Shown: positions 1 to 11,146, counted from the first letter of the stretch. The stretch is DNA of 64,000 nt from an uncultured delta proteobacterium (GCA_963789265.1 CAWBKB010000001.1:1376001-1440000); one strand, 5' to 3'. Notes: generated from the sequence alone by a model not told the origin. Translations and numbers: made by a program.

Positions 1-104
1 GAAAGCCATTCCTTAGCATCAATCCAGTCTCCGTCAAGCACAACTAAGGGCCAGTTTGGTACGCCGCTTCAAAGTTAATTCGGCTCAGTCATTTTGCATG
101 AGCA

Positions 105-208
105 TGTAGGATGTGCTGAACCCTGCCAAGGCAGGGGAAGCGCATCGGCCGCGTACGCGCTCCGTCTTACACAATCGATGCGCTTCGCTTCGCTCAGCAC
201 ATCCTACA
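105..208. repeat. REP-like inverted doublet (REPIN-like)
   Basis: TGTAGGATGTGCTGA at 105 and its reverse complement TCAGCACATCCTACA ending at 208, with inner GAAGCGCATCG/CGATGCGCTTC. Confidence 0.75.
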
Positions 209-426
209 AAATTGCTGCTTAACTTAACGCGAATGCGCGGAACGCGGGATTTCACTCCTCGCAATGACACTGTCCTATAATCTGGTTCTTTGGCAACGAC
301 ATAATTCCGAATCCTTTTTATCATAACATTCAATTCAGGGGCCGCGGCCTGCTTTTTTTGCAACGGAAAGTATATTTGAGATAGAATAGCCCCGTTCCGG
401 CGATGAATGGGGAAATAAGGAAGAGA

Positions 427-1209
427 ATGCTGGAAACGGACCTCATAACTCTGATTACCGATTTCGGGACTCAAGACGGCTTCGTCGCTCAGATGAAGGG
501 AATCATCCTGGGAATAAATCCGGCGGTCCGCCTGATCGACGCGACACATGACATTCAGCCCTTCTCTATTCTGCAAGGGGCGCTGGTGCTAAAGGGCATG
601 TATCCGTATTTCCCAAGGGGAACTATACACGTAGCCGTCGTGGATCCCGGAGTGGGAAGCGACCGGAAAGGAATTGTGCTCCGTGCTGAGGGCCAAACGT
701 TCGTGGGCCCGGACAATGGCTTATTCTCTTTGATTGTACCCGGAGATAAGTCCCGGGAAATCCGAGAGATCCAAAACCCTGCTTTCATGCTACCTGAACC
801 TCATCCAACATTTCACGGCCGAGATATATTCGCTCCGACCGCGGCGCATCTTTCGGCCGGGAAACCTTTTCATGAAGTGGGGCCGCTCGTTGACCATCCG
901 GTGAGGATTTCCATCCCTTCGGTCGAGAAGAATCCCCAAGGATTGGAAGGTGCGATAATTTATGTTGACCGATTCGGTAACCTGACCTCTAATATTAATA
1001 GCGGTATGCTGACCGGAACTGTGGGAAGCGTTTGCCTCGGTAACGTTGCCATTCAGAGGCTGAGCCGGTTCTTCGGAGAAGTTCCTCTAGGAGAGCCGTT
1101 GGCGTTGATCAACAGTTTCGGCCTGCTGGAAATAGCAGTCAATCGAGGTAATGCCTCACAGATGCTCGGAATCGGAAAAGACGAACCAGTAAGAGTTCTC
1201 TGGGCCTAG
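427..1209 (+). CDS. SAM hydroxide adenosyltransferase / chlorinase-fluorinase family (DUF62)
   Basis: Motifs ITLITDFG, VVDPGVGS, GPDNG, TFHGRDIFAP, YVDRFGN, LEIAVN; ATG 427 follows a purine-rich RBS. Confidence 0.92.
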   Translation: MLETDLITLITDFGTQDGFVAQMKGIILGINPAVRLIDATHDIQPFSILQGALVLKGMYPYFPRGTIHVAVVDPGVGSDRKGIVLRAEGQTFVGPDNGLFSLIVPGDKSREIREIQNPAFMLPEPHPTFHGRDIFAPTAAHLSAGKPFHEVGPLVDHPVRISIPSVEKNPQGLEGAIIYVDRFGNLTSNINSGMLTGTVGSVCLGNVAIQRLSRFFGEVPLGEPLALINSFGLLEIAVNRGNASQMLGIGKDEPVRVLWA

Positions 1210-1263
1210 ATTCTTAGTAGCGAATCGCCAAGTATCGGGCATACGGCCACGTAGTGTATTCAA

Positions 1264-2490
1264 ATGAAGAGCCACGCATTTGACAGACTACAGAAAAGTA
1301 ATGTGAAGAGACCGAGATTATTGGCTCTCACTACTTCCTATCCATCCGACGAGGACGACCCCTCCGGCGTGTTCATCGCTAAACTTCTCCGGGCCATTAA
1401 AGACAGAGGTTATCCCGTAAAGGTCGTGGCCCCTTCCAACGGGAGCTTCTACGGCCGGCGTTCCCTGGACGGTATTGACACGGTGCGGTTCGGATATTTC
1501 CGACCGCGATCCCTGGAGAAGTTGACGAGAGGCTCAGGCGGCATTCCCGAAAATATGGAGCGAAGCTTCCTGGCCCGGTTGCAGCTCTTACCTATGATGG
1601 CGGCTTTCCTGTATATTGCTCTACGCGAAGCCGGCGACACGGAGATCGTATACGCGAACTGGCTGGGCGCGGGGATAATCGGGGCCTTGGTGAATCTGTT
1701 TACCGGCCGGCCATTCATTGTCTCTTTCAGGGGGGACGACGGGTACCTGGCTCGAGATCGGCTTTTCTGGAGAGTGCTTACAAAGTGGGTCAGTCGGCGT
1801 TCCTCTGTTATAGCTCCTGTGAGTGGCGAAATTTTGCGAATCATGCTGGACCTCGGCCTTCCTGCCGAGAAATGTCACCTTCCCCGTTTCGGCGTGGATA
1901 CGGAAATGTTTCACCCCACCTCGAGCCCGCGTGATCCTGGGGAAGATGTGCGGCTTCTTTTCGTCGGCAGTCTTATCCTGAGGAAAGGGCTCCATGACCT
2001 TCTCGAAGCGCTCTCCGACCCCGCTCTGGACCGCGTCAGGCTTATCGTAGTCGGGGACGGGCCTCTCGCGTCCCGATATGCTGCTCTTTGCAATCGCTTC
2101 GGCCTGAGGAACCGTACCGAGTGGAAGGGCGCTGTTTCCCCTGCTGAAGTGGCCAGACTCATGCGCTCTTCCGATCTCCTTTGTCTGCCCAGTTACATGG
2201 AAGGAAGACCCAACGTGGTGAATGAGGCAATGGCATCGGCCTTGCCGGTGATCGCGACACGAATTGGAGGTATTCCCGATATGGTGGAGGAAGGAGAAAC
2301 TGCCTTCCTATACGATCCCGGCAACGTGGAGGAACTGCGCGAGCACATTCGGACTTTGGTCGCAGACGGGGAGTTGCGAAACCGGATGGGGAGGGCAGGG
2401 CACGAGTTTCTGATCAGTTCCGGCGTGAGCTGGGATTCCACCGCGGAAGAGTTCGATCTGCTCTTTTCTCGGCTGATGGAGCAAAGGTGA
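1264..2490 (+). CDS. Glycosyltransferase family 4
   Basis: GT-B motifs FVGSL..RKG, LPSYMEGRPNVVNEAMASALPVIAT. Confidence 0.9.
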   Translation: MKSHAFDRLQKSNVKRPRLLALTTSYPSDEDDPSGVFIAKLLRAIKDRGYPVKVVAPSNGSFYGRRSLDGIDTVRFGYFRPRSLEKLTRGSGGIPENMERSFLARLQLLPMMAAFLYIALREAGDTEIVYANWLGAGIIGALVNLFTGRPFIVSFRGDDGYLARDRLFWRVLTKWVSRRSSVIAPVSGEILRIMLDLGLPAEKCHLPRFGVDTEMFHPTSSPRDPGEDVRLLFVGSLILRKGLHDLLEALSDPALDRVRLIVVGDGPLASRYAALCNRFGLRNRTEWKGAVSPAEVARLMRSSDLLCLPSYMEGRPNVVNEAMASALPVIATRIGGIPDMVEEGETAFLYDPGNVEELREHIRTLVADGELRNRMGRAGHEFLISSGVSWDSTAEEFDLLFSRLMEQR

Positions 2491-2652
2491 GAAAAGAAAC
2501 AGGGGGATCACAGTCATTATCGGCCCCTGTTCGTGAAACAAAATGCGGCAGGTCAAGGATGAGGTAAGCGCTCGGAAACAACCTCGCTCCCGGTTTCGCC
2601 CCTGAAGCCGGAACGCTAGCAATGAAGCCGACTGCAACCCGACAGCCTCTAT

Positions 2653-3090
2653 CTACTTGAACCGCTTTGTCGCATCCGAGTAGGCCTTGTGCAAATCATC
2701 AACCGCCTTGCCCATTCCGGTTTTGAGCTTACCCCACACTGTACCCGAGGAGGCCCGCAGTTCTTGCAATTTTTTCTCGGCCGCGTCCTGCTGCTTCTTG
2801 AGAGTAGCGATACTCGATTGGATTTTCGTATAGGCCTCGCCTTGGGCGGTCTTTGCCTGTTCTTTCAGTTTCTCCATCATCTTGGAAGCATCAGCTAGCT
2901 TGCTTTGAATCACATTGATATAATTCTCTTTTTCCTGCGCATTAGGCGTCGCCGCTTTTTGTTGGGGCTCCGACGTTCCCTGTTTAACTCCTGGTTTAGG
3001 AGCGACACCTTTCTCCGCCGCAAAGCTCAATCCCGCTACGGCAAAGAACAGAATCAATAGAAATGTTCCGATCAGTTTAATTGTTTCCAT
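2653..3090 (-). CDS. Secreted coiled-coil protein
   Basis: Signal peptide ending SFA-A, Lys/Ala-rich helical body with W..LK.G...A motif, GAGGAG RBS. Confidence 0.7.
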   Translation of the reverse strand: METIKLIGTFLLILFFAVAGLSFAAEKGVAPKPGVKQGTSEPQQKAATPNAQEKENYINVIQSKLADASKMMEKLKEQAKTAQGEAYTKIQSSIATLKKQQDAAEKKLQELRASSGTVWGKLKTGMGKAVDDLHKAYSDATKRFK

Positions 3091-3322
3091 GTGTACTCCT
3101 CATCAATTGTAGTTAGTCATAATATACATTGTTGTTTTAGACAGGCCAAGAGAAAAAAGGTTTGCGACTCGTTTCACGGTCGCCGGCCACGTTCATTGTC
3201 TAAGATCTACCTTAACCGCGTGCATCAACATTCCCAAATTTGCTTGGCGGTCTGGGTTCTGTGGGTTCTTTTCCGGGCAGGGTCTGAAATCCAGATTCGA
3301 ATGACCAACGATGATTTTTTTG

Positions 3323-3359
3323 TTGCAAAGAGATCAAATGTTCCCTATAGTGAGAACAT
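3323..3359 (+). promoter_or_regulatory. sigma70 promoter of lexA overlapped by palindrome ATGTTC-N10-GAACAT
   Basis: TTGCAA(3323-3328)-17 bp-TATAGT(3346-3351), 6 nt before ATG 3358; palindrome arms at 3338-3343 and 3354-3359. Confidence 0.7.
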
Positions 3360-3972
3360 GGCAATCACCACGAGACAAACGGAAATTCTCCACTTCATCG
3401 CCAATTTTCAAGCCCGCGAAGGTTTTCCTCCATCCGTGAGGGAGATCTGTAAAGCATTGGGGCTTGTATCGCCGGGAAGTCTGCTCAAGCATTTGCGAGC
3501 ATTGGAACTGCAAGGACTACTTAGCGGGACTCCAGGCAGGAAGCGAGCCTGGAAACTGACCGGCCGGCCCCCGCAAGTTTCTGTCCCCTTGATCGGCCGG
3601 ATTGCCGCAGGCACTCCTATCCTTGCCGAAGAGAACAGAGAAACCGATCTGCCTGTTGACCCAAAACTGTTCGGATCTGAAAAGGTCTTTGCCCTGTGGG
3701 TCAAAGGAGATTCCATGATAGACGCCCAGATTCGCGACGGAGACTTCGCAATTATTCGACCGCAAAATGAAGCGGAAGAGGGGGAAATCGTCGCGGTCCT
3801 AGTGGAAGGAGTGGAACCTGAGGCTACTCTTAAGGCACTTCGCCGGACCAATGAAGGCCTGGAGCTTCATTCCGCGAATGACGCTTATCCTCCGCTGATC
3901 TTTAAAGGCTCGGATCAGGCCAAGGTGAGGATTCTGGGGAAATTGGTCGGGATTATACGCCCGAGACCGTAA
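3358..3972 (+). CDS. lexA: LexA repressor
   Basis: wHTH (FPPSVREI), Ala-Gly cleavage site (IAAG), catalytic Ser (GDSM) and Lys (ATLK). Confidence 0.93.
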   Translation: MAITTRQTEILHFIANFQAREGFPPSVREICKALGLVSPGSLLKHLRALELQGLLSGTPGRKRAWKLTGRPPQVSVPLIGRIAAGTPILAEENRETDLPVDPKLFGSEKVFALWVKGDSMIDAQIRDGDFAIIRPQNEAEEGEIVAVLVEGVEPEATLKALRRTNEGLELHSANDAYPPLIFKGSDQAKVRILGKLVGIIRPRP

Positions 3973-4017
3973 AGTTTTCCACGCGGATATCGAAAATTCC
4001 TACTTGAGCAGTTAGTT

Positions 4018-4116
4018 CTGGTTCCCAAGCTCTGCCGGGGAACCCATATCTCGCGGGCTCTGCCCGCAAACCGGCTTCATTTCACCATCATAGTCGAGGC
4101 AGAGCCTGGGAACGAG
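4018..4116. repeat. Palindromic intergenic repeat
   Basis: GTTCCCAAGCTCTGCC ... GGCAGAGCCTGGGAAC inverted arms. Confidence 0.6.
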
Positions 4117-4161
4117 AAAATGTAGGCGGGTATGGCGAGATGTAGGGGCGGGTTTCAAACC

Positions 4162-4336
4162 CAATGCTGTTGACTTAAGCCGGACGTCTCTTGCCCAGGA
4201 GCTTTTCCTTCGACGAGGCCTTGACCTCGTCATTCCGGCGGAGGCCGGAATCCAGGTTTTCCTAATCTCCCCTGGACCCCGGCCTTCGCCGGGGTCCAGG
4301 TGGGGTAGATGGAGGTCCCTTAATTCAACAGCATTG
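4162..4336. mobile_element. 175-bp IS4-like MITE inserted in a REP palindrome
   Basis: 18-bp TIRs CAATGCTGTTGACTTAAG / CTTAATTCAACAGCATTG (17/18 match); 11-bp TSD GGTTTCAAACC at 4151-4161 and 4337-4347. Confidence 0.85.
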
Positions 4337-4355
4337 GGTTTCAAACCCGCCCCGA

Positions 4356-5510
4356 CTATTCATAGCCGGGAGGGAGAGTCTGAGCGACTCCCAGGGCCAA
4401 AACCGGGAAAATGGTCATACTATACAACGCGGTGCCGAGGTTCCAATGGTCTGCAATAAATCCGAAGAGAGGCACAGCTACTCCCCCGAGGCCGATTGCG
4501 AGCCCCAGAGTCACACCCGATGCCACTCCGATACGGGACCGCAAATACCCCTGTCCCATGACCACCGATACCGTGGAACTTGCTGTAGTGTTTACACCCA
4601 CCAGGCCAAGACAGACCAATCCTATAATTCCCGGCTCAGCCATAAACCCCAAGAGAAGCAAAGGAATGGCCGCAAGGGTACCGACCAGGACGGATTTTAG
4701 CCCTATACGGTCCCCAATATATCCGCCTATGACTGCTCCCACTGCGCCCGACACTAACATGACCGTCAACGCGCCGTTTGCTTCAGCGATGGATGCCCCG
4801 CGCACTTTCACGTAGTAAAGAGGTATGAAGCTCATCAGCCCGAAAAACACGGACGTTCTCAGCACGATCACCGCGGTGAGTCGCGCGAAAGGGCCCCATG
4901 GAGTCCGATTCTCGGATGCTTCGGACTTCGGCCCCGGAACTGGAGGCCGAAACTTGATGAGGTGAGGCAATTCCCGCATGAGCCACAGCGCTGCAACAGT
5001 TGTAGGCAAAGCCATCCACATAGTGCCCGGAAGGCCAAAGGTTAGGATTAAAGGCGTCACCAAAATGGGTCCAAGTGCGAACCCAACTGTTCCTCCGACT
5101 GTGAAGAAACTCATCCCGGTGGCTCGTTGCCTGGACACATAATTGGCAAAACGCGACCCCTCGGGATGAAAAGCCGCAACACCAGCGCCGCTCAAGAGCA
5201 CGCTCGCCACAATGAGCCAGTATGACGGAGCTAATCCGGCAAGGGCAATGCCAAGCCCTCCTGTAAGCACACCGACGGGCATCAACCACGGGAGAGGATG
5301 ACGATCGGAGTAAAATCCCAGAAACGGCTGAATCAGAGAAGAGATGAGAGTCGCTGCGAGGACCACTCCCGCGGCAGCGGTGTATGAAAGACCGCGGGTT
5401 ACGACGAGGCTGGGGAGCAAAGCCGGGACAGCTCCTTGATTTACATCATTGAACATGTGACTGATCGCCAGAAGGACCAGTGCACGATAGTCCATGTCGT
5501 TTTCGTTCAC
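4356..5510 (-). CDS. MFS transporter, Fsr-like
   Basis: About 12 TM segments; motifs SH..ND, QP..G..SDR, AFHPEG, GG.IGDRIG. Confidence 0.88.
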   Translation of the reverse strand: MNENDMDYRALVLLAISHMFNDVNQGAVPALLPSLVVTRGLSYTAAAGVVLAATLISSLIQPFLGFYSDRHPLPWLMPVGVLTGGLGIALAGLAPSYWLIVASVLLSGAGVAAFHPEGSRFANYVSRQRATGMSFFTVGGTVGFALGPILVTPLILTFGLPGTMWMALPTTVAALWLMRELPHLIKFRPPVPGPKSEASENRTPWGPFARLTAVIVLRTSVFFGLMSFIPLYYVKVRGASIAEANGALTVMLVSGAVGAVIGGYIGDRIGLKSVLVGTLAAIPLLLLGFMAEPGIIGLVCLGLVGVNTTASSTVSVVMGQGYLRSRIGVASGVTLGLAIGLGGVAVPLFGFIADHWNLGTALYSMTIFPVLALGVAQTLPPGYE

Positions 5511-5725
5511 AAATGCTCCTCTTTCTCGCCCATCAAGCGATCGCGGATCTCAAAATTGTCGATGGACTCCGTCCGGGAACTCAGGGGCGGCCGGCCTCAG
5601 ACCGGTCATTCGGGACATCGATCATTAATTCTGAGAATCGACAAATTTCCGTAATTTGGCGGGCCACGCGGTGAGTTCCGAGTCATGCGCAGACCATATC
5701 AGTATAGGTGGACAGATATTGATGT

Positions 5726-5765
5726 CCAATATATTATTGGTACCGTATTAAGACTCTAAAGGTAT
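5726..5765. promoter_or_regulatory. Probable LysR-type operator in divergent MFS/LysR intergenic region
   Basis: AGAC-N7-GTAT at 5751-5765 resembles the ATAC-N7-GTAT LTTR box; AT-rich palindrome CCAAT..ATTGG at 5726-5740. Confidence 0.45.
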
Positions 5766-5771
5766 CAATAC

Positions 5772-6686
5772 ATGGAACTCCGCCACCTGCGCTATTTTAT
5801 AGCTGTGGCCGAAGAACTTCATTTCGGACGCGCGGCGGAAAAGGTACATATTGCTCAGCCTCCACTTAGCAGACAAATACAGCAGTTGGAGGAAGAGATA
5901 GGCGTCAAGCTATTCCATCGGACCAGGCGTAGCGTGCGTCTGACACACGCGGGAAATACATTCCTGGAAGAAGCCCGCAAAGTCATTGATCTGTCTGAAA
6001 GAGCCGTCCGTCTGGCACAAAGGGCCAAGCAAGGGGAGATCGGTCGGCTGGTCGTGAGTTTTGTGGGTTCCGCGATTTACAGCTTTGTTCCGTCGGCTTT
6101 ACGATCTTTTCGGGAACTCTTTCCGGATGTGGAACTAGTGTTGCGGGAATTTCCGACTGACCAGCAACTGGAGGCTTTCCGCGAAGGGGCTGTCCAGGTG
6201 GGCTTCCTTCGTCAGCCAATCAATGACGATGCGTTATTTATTGAGACTATTCTTCGAGAACCTTTGAGACTTGCCGTCCCGGCGGATCATCCCTTGGCCT
6301 CCACCCCACGCGCTGAGTTGGAAATGCTGGCGAAAGAGCCCTTTGTCATGTACTCGCGGCAACAGGGAACAGCCTTCTACGGAGAGATCATGAGCTTGTG
6401 CCATCGGGCGGGTTTCAGTCCGAAGGTGGTCCAGGAAGCGCTTCAGATGCCAACCGTTCTGGGGTTGGTATCTGTGGGCATAGGAGTGGCAATCGTTCCG
6501 GGATCAGTCCAAAATCTTCAGATGCCCGGTGTTGTTTACAGGGTTCTAACTGGAGTACACCAAACAACCGAGCTTGCCATGGCTTGGAGAAGAGACGATG
6601 AGTCGCCTGTCTCGCAAGCCTTCCTGAATGTGGCAAGAGGAATCGCCATGCAGTCCGGAACTCGCGGTCTGTACCAGCATGTCTGA
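5772..6686 (+). CDS. LysR family transcriptional regulator
   Basis: MELRHLRYFIAVAEELHFGRAA..QPPLSRQI HTH plus substrate-binding domain. Confidence 0.95.
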   Translation: MELRHLRYFIAVAEELHFGRAAEKVHIAQPPLSRQIQQLEEEIGVKLFHRTRRSVRLTHAGNTFLEEARKVIDLSERAVRLAQRAKQGEIGRLVVSFVGSAIYSFVPSALRSFRELFPDVELVLREFPTDQQLEAFREGAVQVGFLRQPINDDALFIETILREPLRLAVPADHPLASTPRAELEMLAKEPFVMYSRQQGTAFYGEIMSLCHRAGFSPKVVQEALQMPTVLGLVSVGIGVAIVPGSVQNLQMPGVVYRVLTGVHQTTELAMAWRRDDESPVSQAFLNVARGIAMQSGTRGLYQHV

Positions 6687-6848
6687 AGTCTCGGAGATTA
6701 GGGACGTTTCTCCGGGCAGTTCAAATGCAACGGTTCTCGAACTTAATGACCTGAATAGCGAATGGCTCTGCGGTGTCGGTGGTCTTGCCGGGCCCAGTCG
6801 AGCGGGCATCTTACCCGCCGGATATCGTGAGGCGCACCGAGTTCAATA

Positions 6849-6925
6849 GGGTAGGCATCTTGCCGACCGTCGAGAATCTGGGGGGGACGCCAATCCTACC
6901 AGTGCGGGCAGGATGCCCACCCTAC
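6849..6925. repeat. REP doublet of the GGCATCTTGCC family
   Basis: GGGTAGGCATCTTGCC ... GGCAGGATGCCCACCC; same family near 30715, 34805-34860, 40480-40540 and 52085-52140. Confidence 0.65.
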
Positions 6926-6982
6926 TGAAGCCGGAAACCCATGAGTTCTGTGCCCGAGTTTCGGAAAAGCTTCTTGGCCCTT

Positions 6983-7006
6983 TAACGAAAGGCGGGTTCC
7001 TCCGTC
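6983..7006 (+). promoter_or_regulatory. Possible ECF sigma promoter
   Basis: TAAC-16 bp-CGTC upstream of a Spy/CpxP-like gene. Confidence 0.45.
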
Positions 7007-7041
7007 AAAATTGATAAGAAATTAAAAACGGAGGAATTTCC

Positions 7042-7593
7042 ATGAACAAGCGCGTACTGTTACTGGTCTCGATGGCCGCCCTGTTGTCGATGAGCCTCGT
7101 ACCCGTTATTTACGGTGCTCAAGACAAGCCGGTAGGGCCACCTGCTTCTTCGGCCATGCGAGGCGCAGGCCCGGATTCGTTCCACCCTGGAATGGGATGC
7201 ATGATGGCCAAGTGGCATCATAAGTTTTCTCTGAAGGCAATTCTGAAGAAACTCGGTATAACCGACGAGCAGAAGTCGAAGATACGTGCTCTATACGTGG
7301 GATTTCGGGATCAAACCCGTAAGACCCGTATGGGACTGTTGTCTCTCCGGGACGAAAAAAAGACTATGATGCTCTCCGGAAAAGTCGATCAGACAAAACT
7401 CGCTCAGATGGACGATCAAATTGTCAAGCTCGTGAGCGACGTATTGAAAGAGAAGCTCAAACTGAGGAGAGATATTCTTGCTCAGTTGACGCCCGAGCAG
7501 CTAGGGCGTATCGCGGACTGGAAGGCAGGAAAGATGTTCCACCGTAGAATGGAGATGATGCACCGCTTGGGCGGGAAACGCCATGGTTTTTAA
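7042..7593 (+). CDS. Periplasmic Spy/CpxP family protein
   Basis: Signal peptide, two LTxxQ-type motifs (ITDEQ, LTPEQ), His/Met-rich ends, GGAGG RBS. Confidence 0.85.
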   Translation: MNKRVLLLVSMAALLSMSLVPVIYGAQDKPVGPPASSAMRGAGPDSFHPGMGCMMAKWHHKFSLKAILKKLGITDEQKSKIRALYVGFRDQTRKTRMGLLSLRDEKKTMMLSGKVDQTKLAQMDDQIVKLVSDVLKEKLKLRRDILAQLTPEQLGRIADWKAGKMFHRRMEMMHRLGGKRHGF

Positions 7594-8013
7594 TGCGGTG
7601 AATGGTGACTCCGGAGATTGATCCCTCCGGCAGGAGCTCCAGGGGATGTCGCGCATACGCGACTTCCCCTATAGGGGGCAAACTACTAAGATGGCGTCTT
7701 CAGTTTCATACGCGGCTCACTCTTCCACTTCCTACCCCCATCGCGGGCGGTAAGCGCAGAGCCTCAATGTCTGAGCGATAGATTACTAGAGATCTCTTGC
7801 GGCCGATAATGCATGCTGCTTTAACGCCTGTAAGGCCACTTCCCAAACGGATTTTGTGCCTTCATTTGACGCATCCGGTGCAACCGCGGCGTTAGCCTTG
7901 GGGACGGAACCAACCACTTCTAACTTGACCCCTCCACGGCGACAAATCACGGGGCTGTCATTAGTGTGTCCTTCAGGAAAACGTGTCGCGGCAAGCCATC
8001 TTTGAGGCGAGAG

Positions 8014-11000
8014 ATGAATATTGCGGAGTCATCGGTCCGATTTCCGATAACAGTGATCGTCAGAGTTCTACTGGTCATTGTTTTCGGCTACGTATGCTCC
8101 ACGTTCCTCTCTGTCGAACTCAAACCTGACACTCAGCAGCCGACACTGGTCGTATCTACTACATGGACGGGCGCGGCGCCGGAAGAGGTGGAGGGTGAGA
8201 TAACCACTCCATTTGAGGATGCTGTCGCCGGTGTCTCTAATATGCTGTGGACCCAGAGCTTTTCTACTTACGGTCAATCGTTTGTCGTTTTGTTTTACAA
8301 ACCCGGTACGAATCTTGACCTCGCCGCCTCCGAAGTCGAAAGGAACCTTGATAAGGTTACCACTCTGCCGAGTACCGTCCAGCAACCACAGATCCTGAAA
8401 GCCACCGATAGAGTCAGCCTCCCGATCTATCAGTTCGCTCTTACCGGCGACGTCGATCTCGTGACTGCATCCACTTGGGCGGACAGGGACATTGTACCGC
8501 GAATACTGAGGCTGCCGGGGGTGGGGGACTGTCAAGATGACGGCAACTTGACCCGGCAAATGACCATCACGTATGACCCGCAACGCCTCAAAGCAAGGCA
8601 TTTGACCGCCAATGACGTCAAGAAGTTCGTTGACATGGCGAATTTCAACCAGAGTGGCGGTTATTTTGTCCAAGGGACCCGTGAATGGACAATTCGGACC
8701 GTAGGCGAACTCCTCAGTGCCGCAGAATTCCGAAAGTTGATTGTTTCGAAGCCCGGGGATCCTATTGTCTATCTTTCTGACGTGGCCGATGTCCAAGACT
8801 CGTATGACCGCCCGAATTCTTACTCCCGCATAAACGGTCAACGGGGCATAATATTTAGCGTTCTCGGCCAGGCCGGCGCGAATATTCTCGACACGATTAA
8901 CTCCGTTGATAAGGAACTCGAGCATCTCCAGAGAGACTACGGCCCGCGCAGTGCAAAATTTCAAAAGATGTACGACTCAAGCGACTACATCCGGGACGCG
9001 ATCCAGGTGGTCAAGATCTCGTTGATTGAGGCAATCATACTCGTGCTTCTGGTGCTGTTCGTCTTTCTGAAGAATTGGCGGAGCATGTTCATCGTCGCCA
9101 CCTCCATTCCGGTTTCCATCATCGGCACGTTCATAGGGATGTATCTGTTCAAGTATTCCATCAATGTTCTCTCCCTGGCCGGGCTGGCCTTGTCCATTGG
9201 GATGATAGTGGATGACGCGATTGTCATCCTTGAGAATATCTACCGCCATCGTTACGAAGAAGGAAAGAATATCGTCCGGGCATGTGTCGATGGGACCAAT
9301 GAGGTGTCAACAGCGGTTTTCATGAGCACTTTAACCACCGCAGCCGTTTTCATGCCTGTCCTGTTGCTGAAGGGTGAGATTGGAACGTTGTTTGGTCCTG
9401 TAGCTTTCATCATATCCGTGGCCACTTTTTTGTCCCTGTTTGATGCCTTTACCGTAGTGCCGATGCTCGCGTCACGCTGGATGAAGGAGCAAAGTGAACC
9501 CCAAGGGCTCTGGAAGCGGATAATGTTTCCGCTGGCGCTGCTGGACAAAGCCGGAGCGAAGGTTTCGGACGGGCTTATATGGGCGCTGAGGTTTTTCCTG
9601 CACAGCGGCTGGCGCAAAGCCGCTCTGGTGGGATCGGTCCTTGCGCTTGTCGTTTTGTCCTATAGAGCCTTGCCGGGAATGGGTTATCTTCCCACGGGAG
9701 GCACGAACCTTATAAAAGTCCAGATAGCAACTGCCGAAGGAACCAACTTGGATGAGAACAGCCGACTGATGAAGATTCTCGAAGAGCGCTGGAAAAGGAT
9801 CAAAGGAGTCAAGAGTATTATTGCTGTTCCAAACCGTCAGGATTCTCGGAACGCGATTTTCATAGTCTGTGAAAAGGAAGAGGACAGTGGTGTTTCTGTG
9901 GAGAAAATAGCGCGTCGAGCAAATGACTTGACCAGGGACCTTCCCTTCAAGTTTATAAACCCCATTCAGTTTCCCTTGTTCGGAAATATCTATACACGAT
10001 CCAACATCGTGGATGTTCGTATCGCAGGTGACGGCTATCCGGTGATTCAACGGCTGACCGACCAGATTATGGATTTGGGAAACCATATTAAAGGGGTTGT
10101 TTTTCGTTATACAGATCTTTCTCTGCGGAAACCGGAAGTCCAGGTTCGCGTAGATCTTGAGCGGGCCGCAAATTTCGGATTTCAGGGTAAAGACATAGCC
10201 GACGCGGTAGAAGCAGCCGGAGGGGGGCAACAGACTGTAACGCAGTATGACGTGAACGGCAAATATTTCTATATTCAAGTCATGGGTCGGGAAAGCGATG
10301 TGAAAACCGTGAGCGATGTGGAGCGCATGATCCTTACTTCACCGGCAAATCCTGATATCCAGGTTCCGCTGACGAGCGTAGCAACCGTGGAAACTGCGTT
10401 CGGGCCACTGCAGATCAATCATTACAATTCGCAACGTGCAGCCCGGGTCCAGTTTACCATACAGGGGCGGCCTCTATCCTCAGTGTTTCGGGACGTGGTT
10501 TCCAAGATTCGATCGGACGTTCCTTTCCCCCTGGGTACAAATGGGTGCCCTTCGGCGCTATCAGATATCTCAAAACGCTCATGACGGCAATTAGTTTTGT
10601 GCTGCCGTTGTCCGTGGTGGTGGTGTACCTGCTGCTGGTCATGCAGTTCCAATCTTTCATTCGGCCTTTGGCCATCATCTTCAGCGTCCCGCTTTCCATC
10701 ATAGGAGCGAATGTTTCTGGTGAAAGTTACCGGCGTCCACTTCGATTCGTTCACCATGCTCGGATATATTCTGATGGTGGGATTGGTGGTAAAGAATGCC
10801 ATCATTCTAATAACATACGCAGTTCAGCTCATGGAAAGGGAGGGTATGGATCGGAATGAGGCTCTTGTCCTGGCGAGCAGGCGGAGGATGCGCCCGATCT
10901 TCATGACCGCCATTGCAATGGTTTCTCGGGATGCTTCCTCTGGCTGTCAAGCATGGAGCAGGTGCAGAGATTTACAACGGTCTTGCAATGGCAGTGGTGG

Positions 11001-11146
11001 GCGGGCTTTCCGTCGCAACACTCTTCACGTTGGTGTTCATCCCGGTTGTCCTTACGATCCTCGAGGATCTGAAGGCTCGCTTTTGGAAAGTTCGGCCGAT
11101 TCACTTGGATGAGGTCGACGCAGACGCACCTCCGAGAACTAGCTGA
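8014..11146 (+). CDS. RND permease (AcrB/MdtB-like), copy 1, three apparent frameshifts (~10535, ~10712, ~10922)
   Basis: IVDDAIV, VKNAI, RMRPIFMT motifs; consecutive ORF pieces align colinearly to copy 2. Confidence 0.85.

Noticed and set aside
427..1209. Halogenase (fluorinase/chlorinase) function
   Set aside because: Motifs fit the widespread DUF62 SAM hydrolases, and there is no halometabolite cluster nearby
3091..3357. N-terminal extension of the lexA ORF
   Set aside because: No LexA similarity; it contains the promoter, so ATG 3358 is the better start
4012..4344. 110-aa ORF
   Set aside because: Composed entirely of REP/MITE sequence
7600..8000. Possible riboswitch upstream of the RND genes
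   Set aside because: No known aptamer consensus recognised by eye; an Rfam scan would be needed
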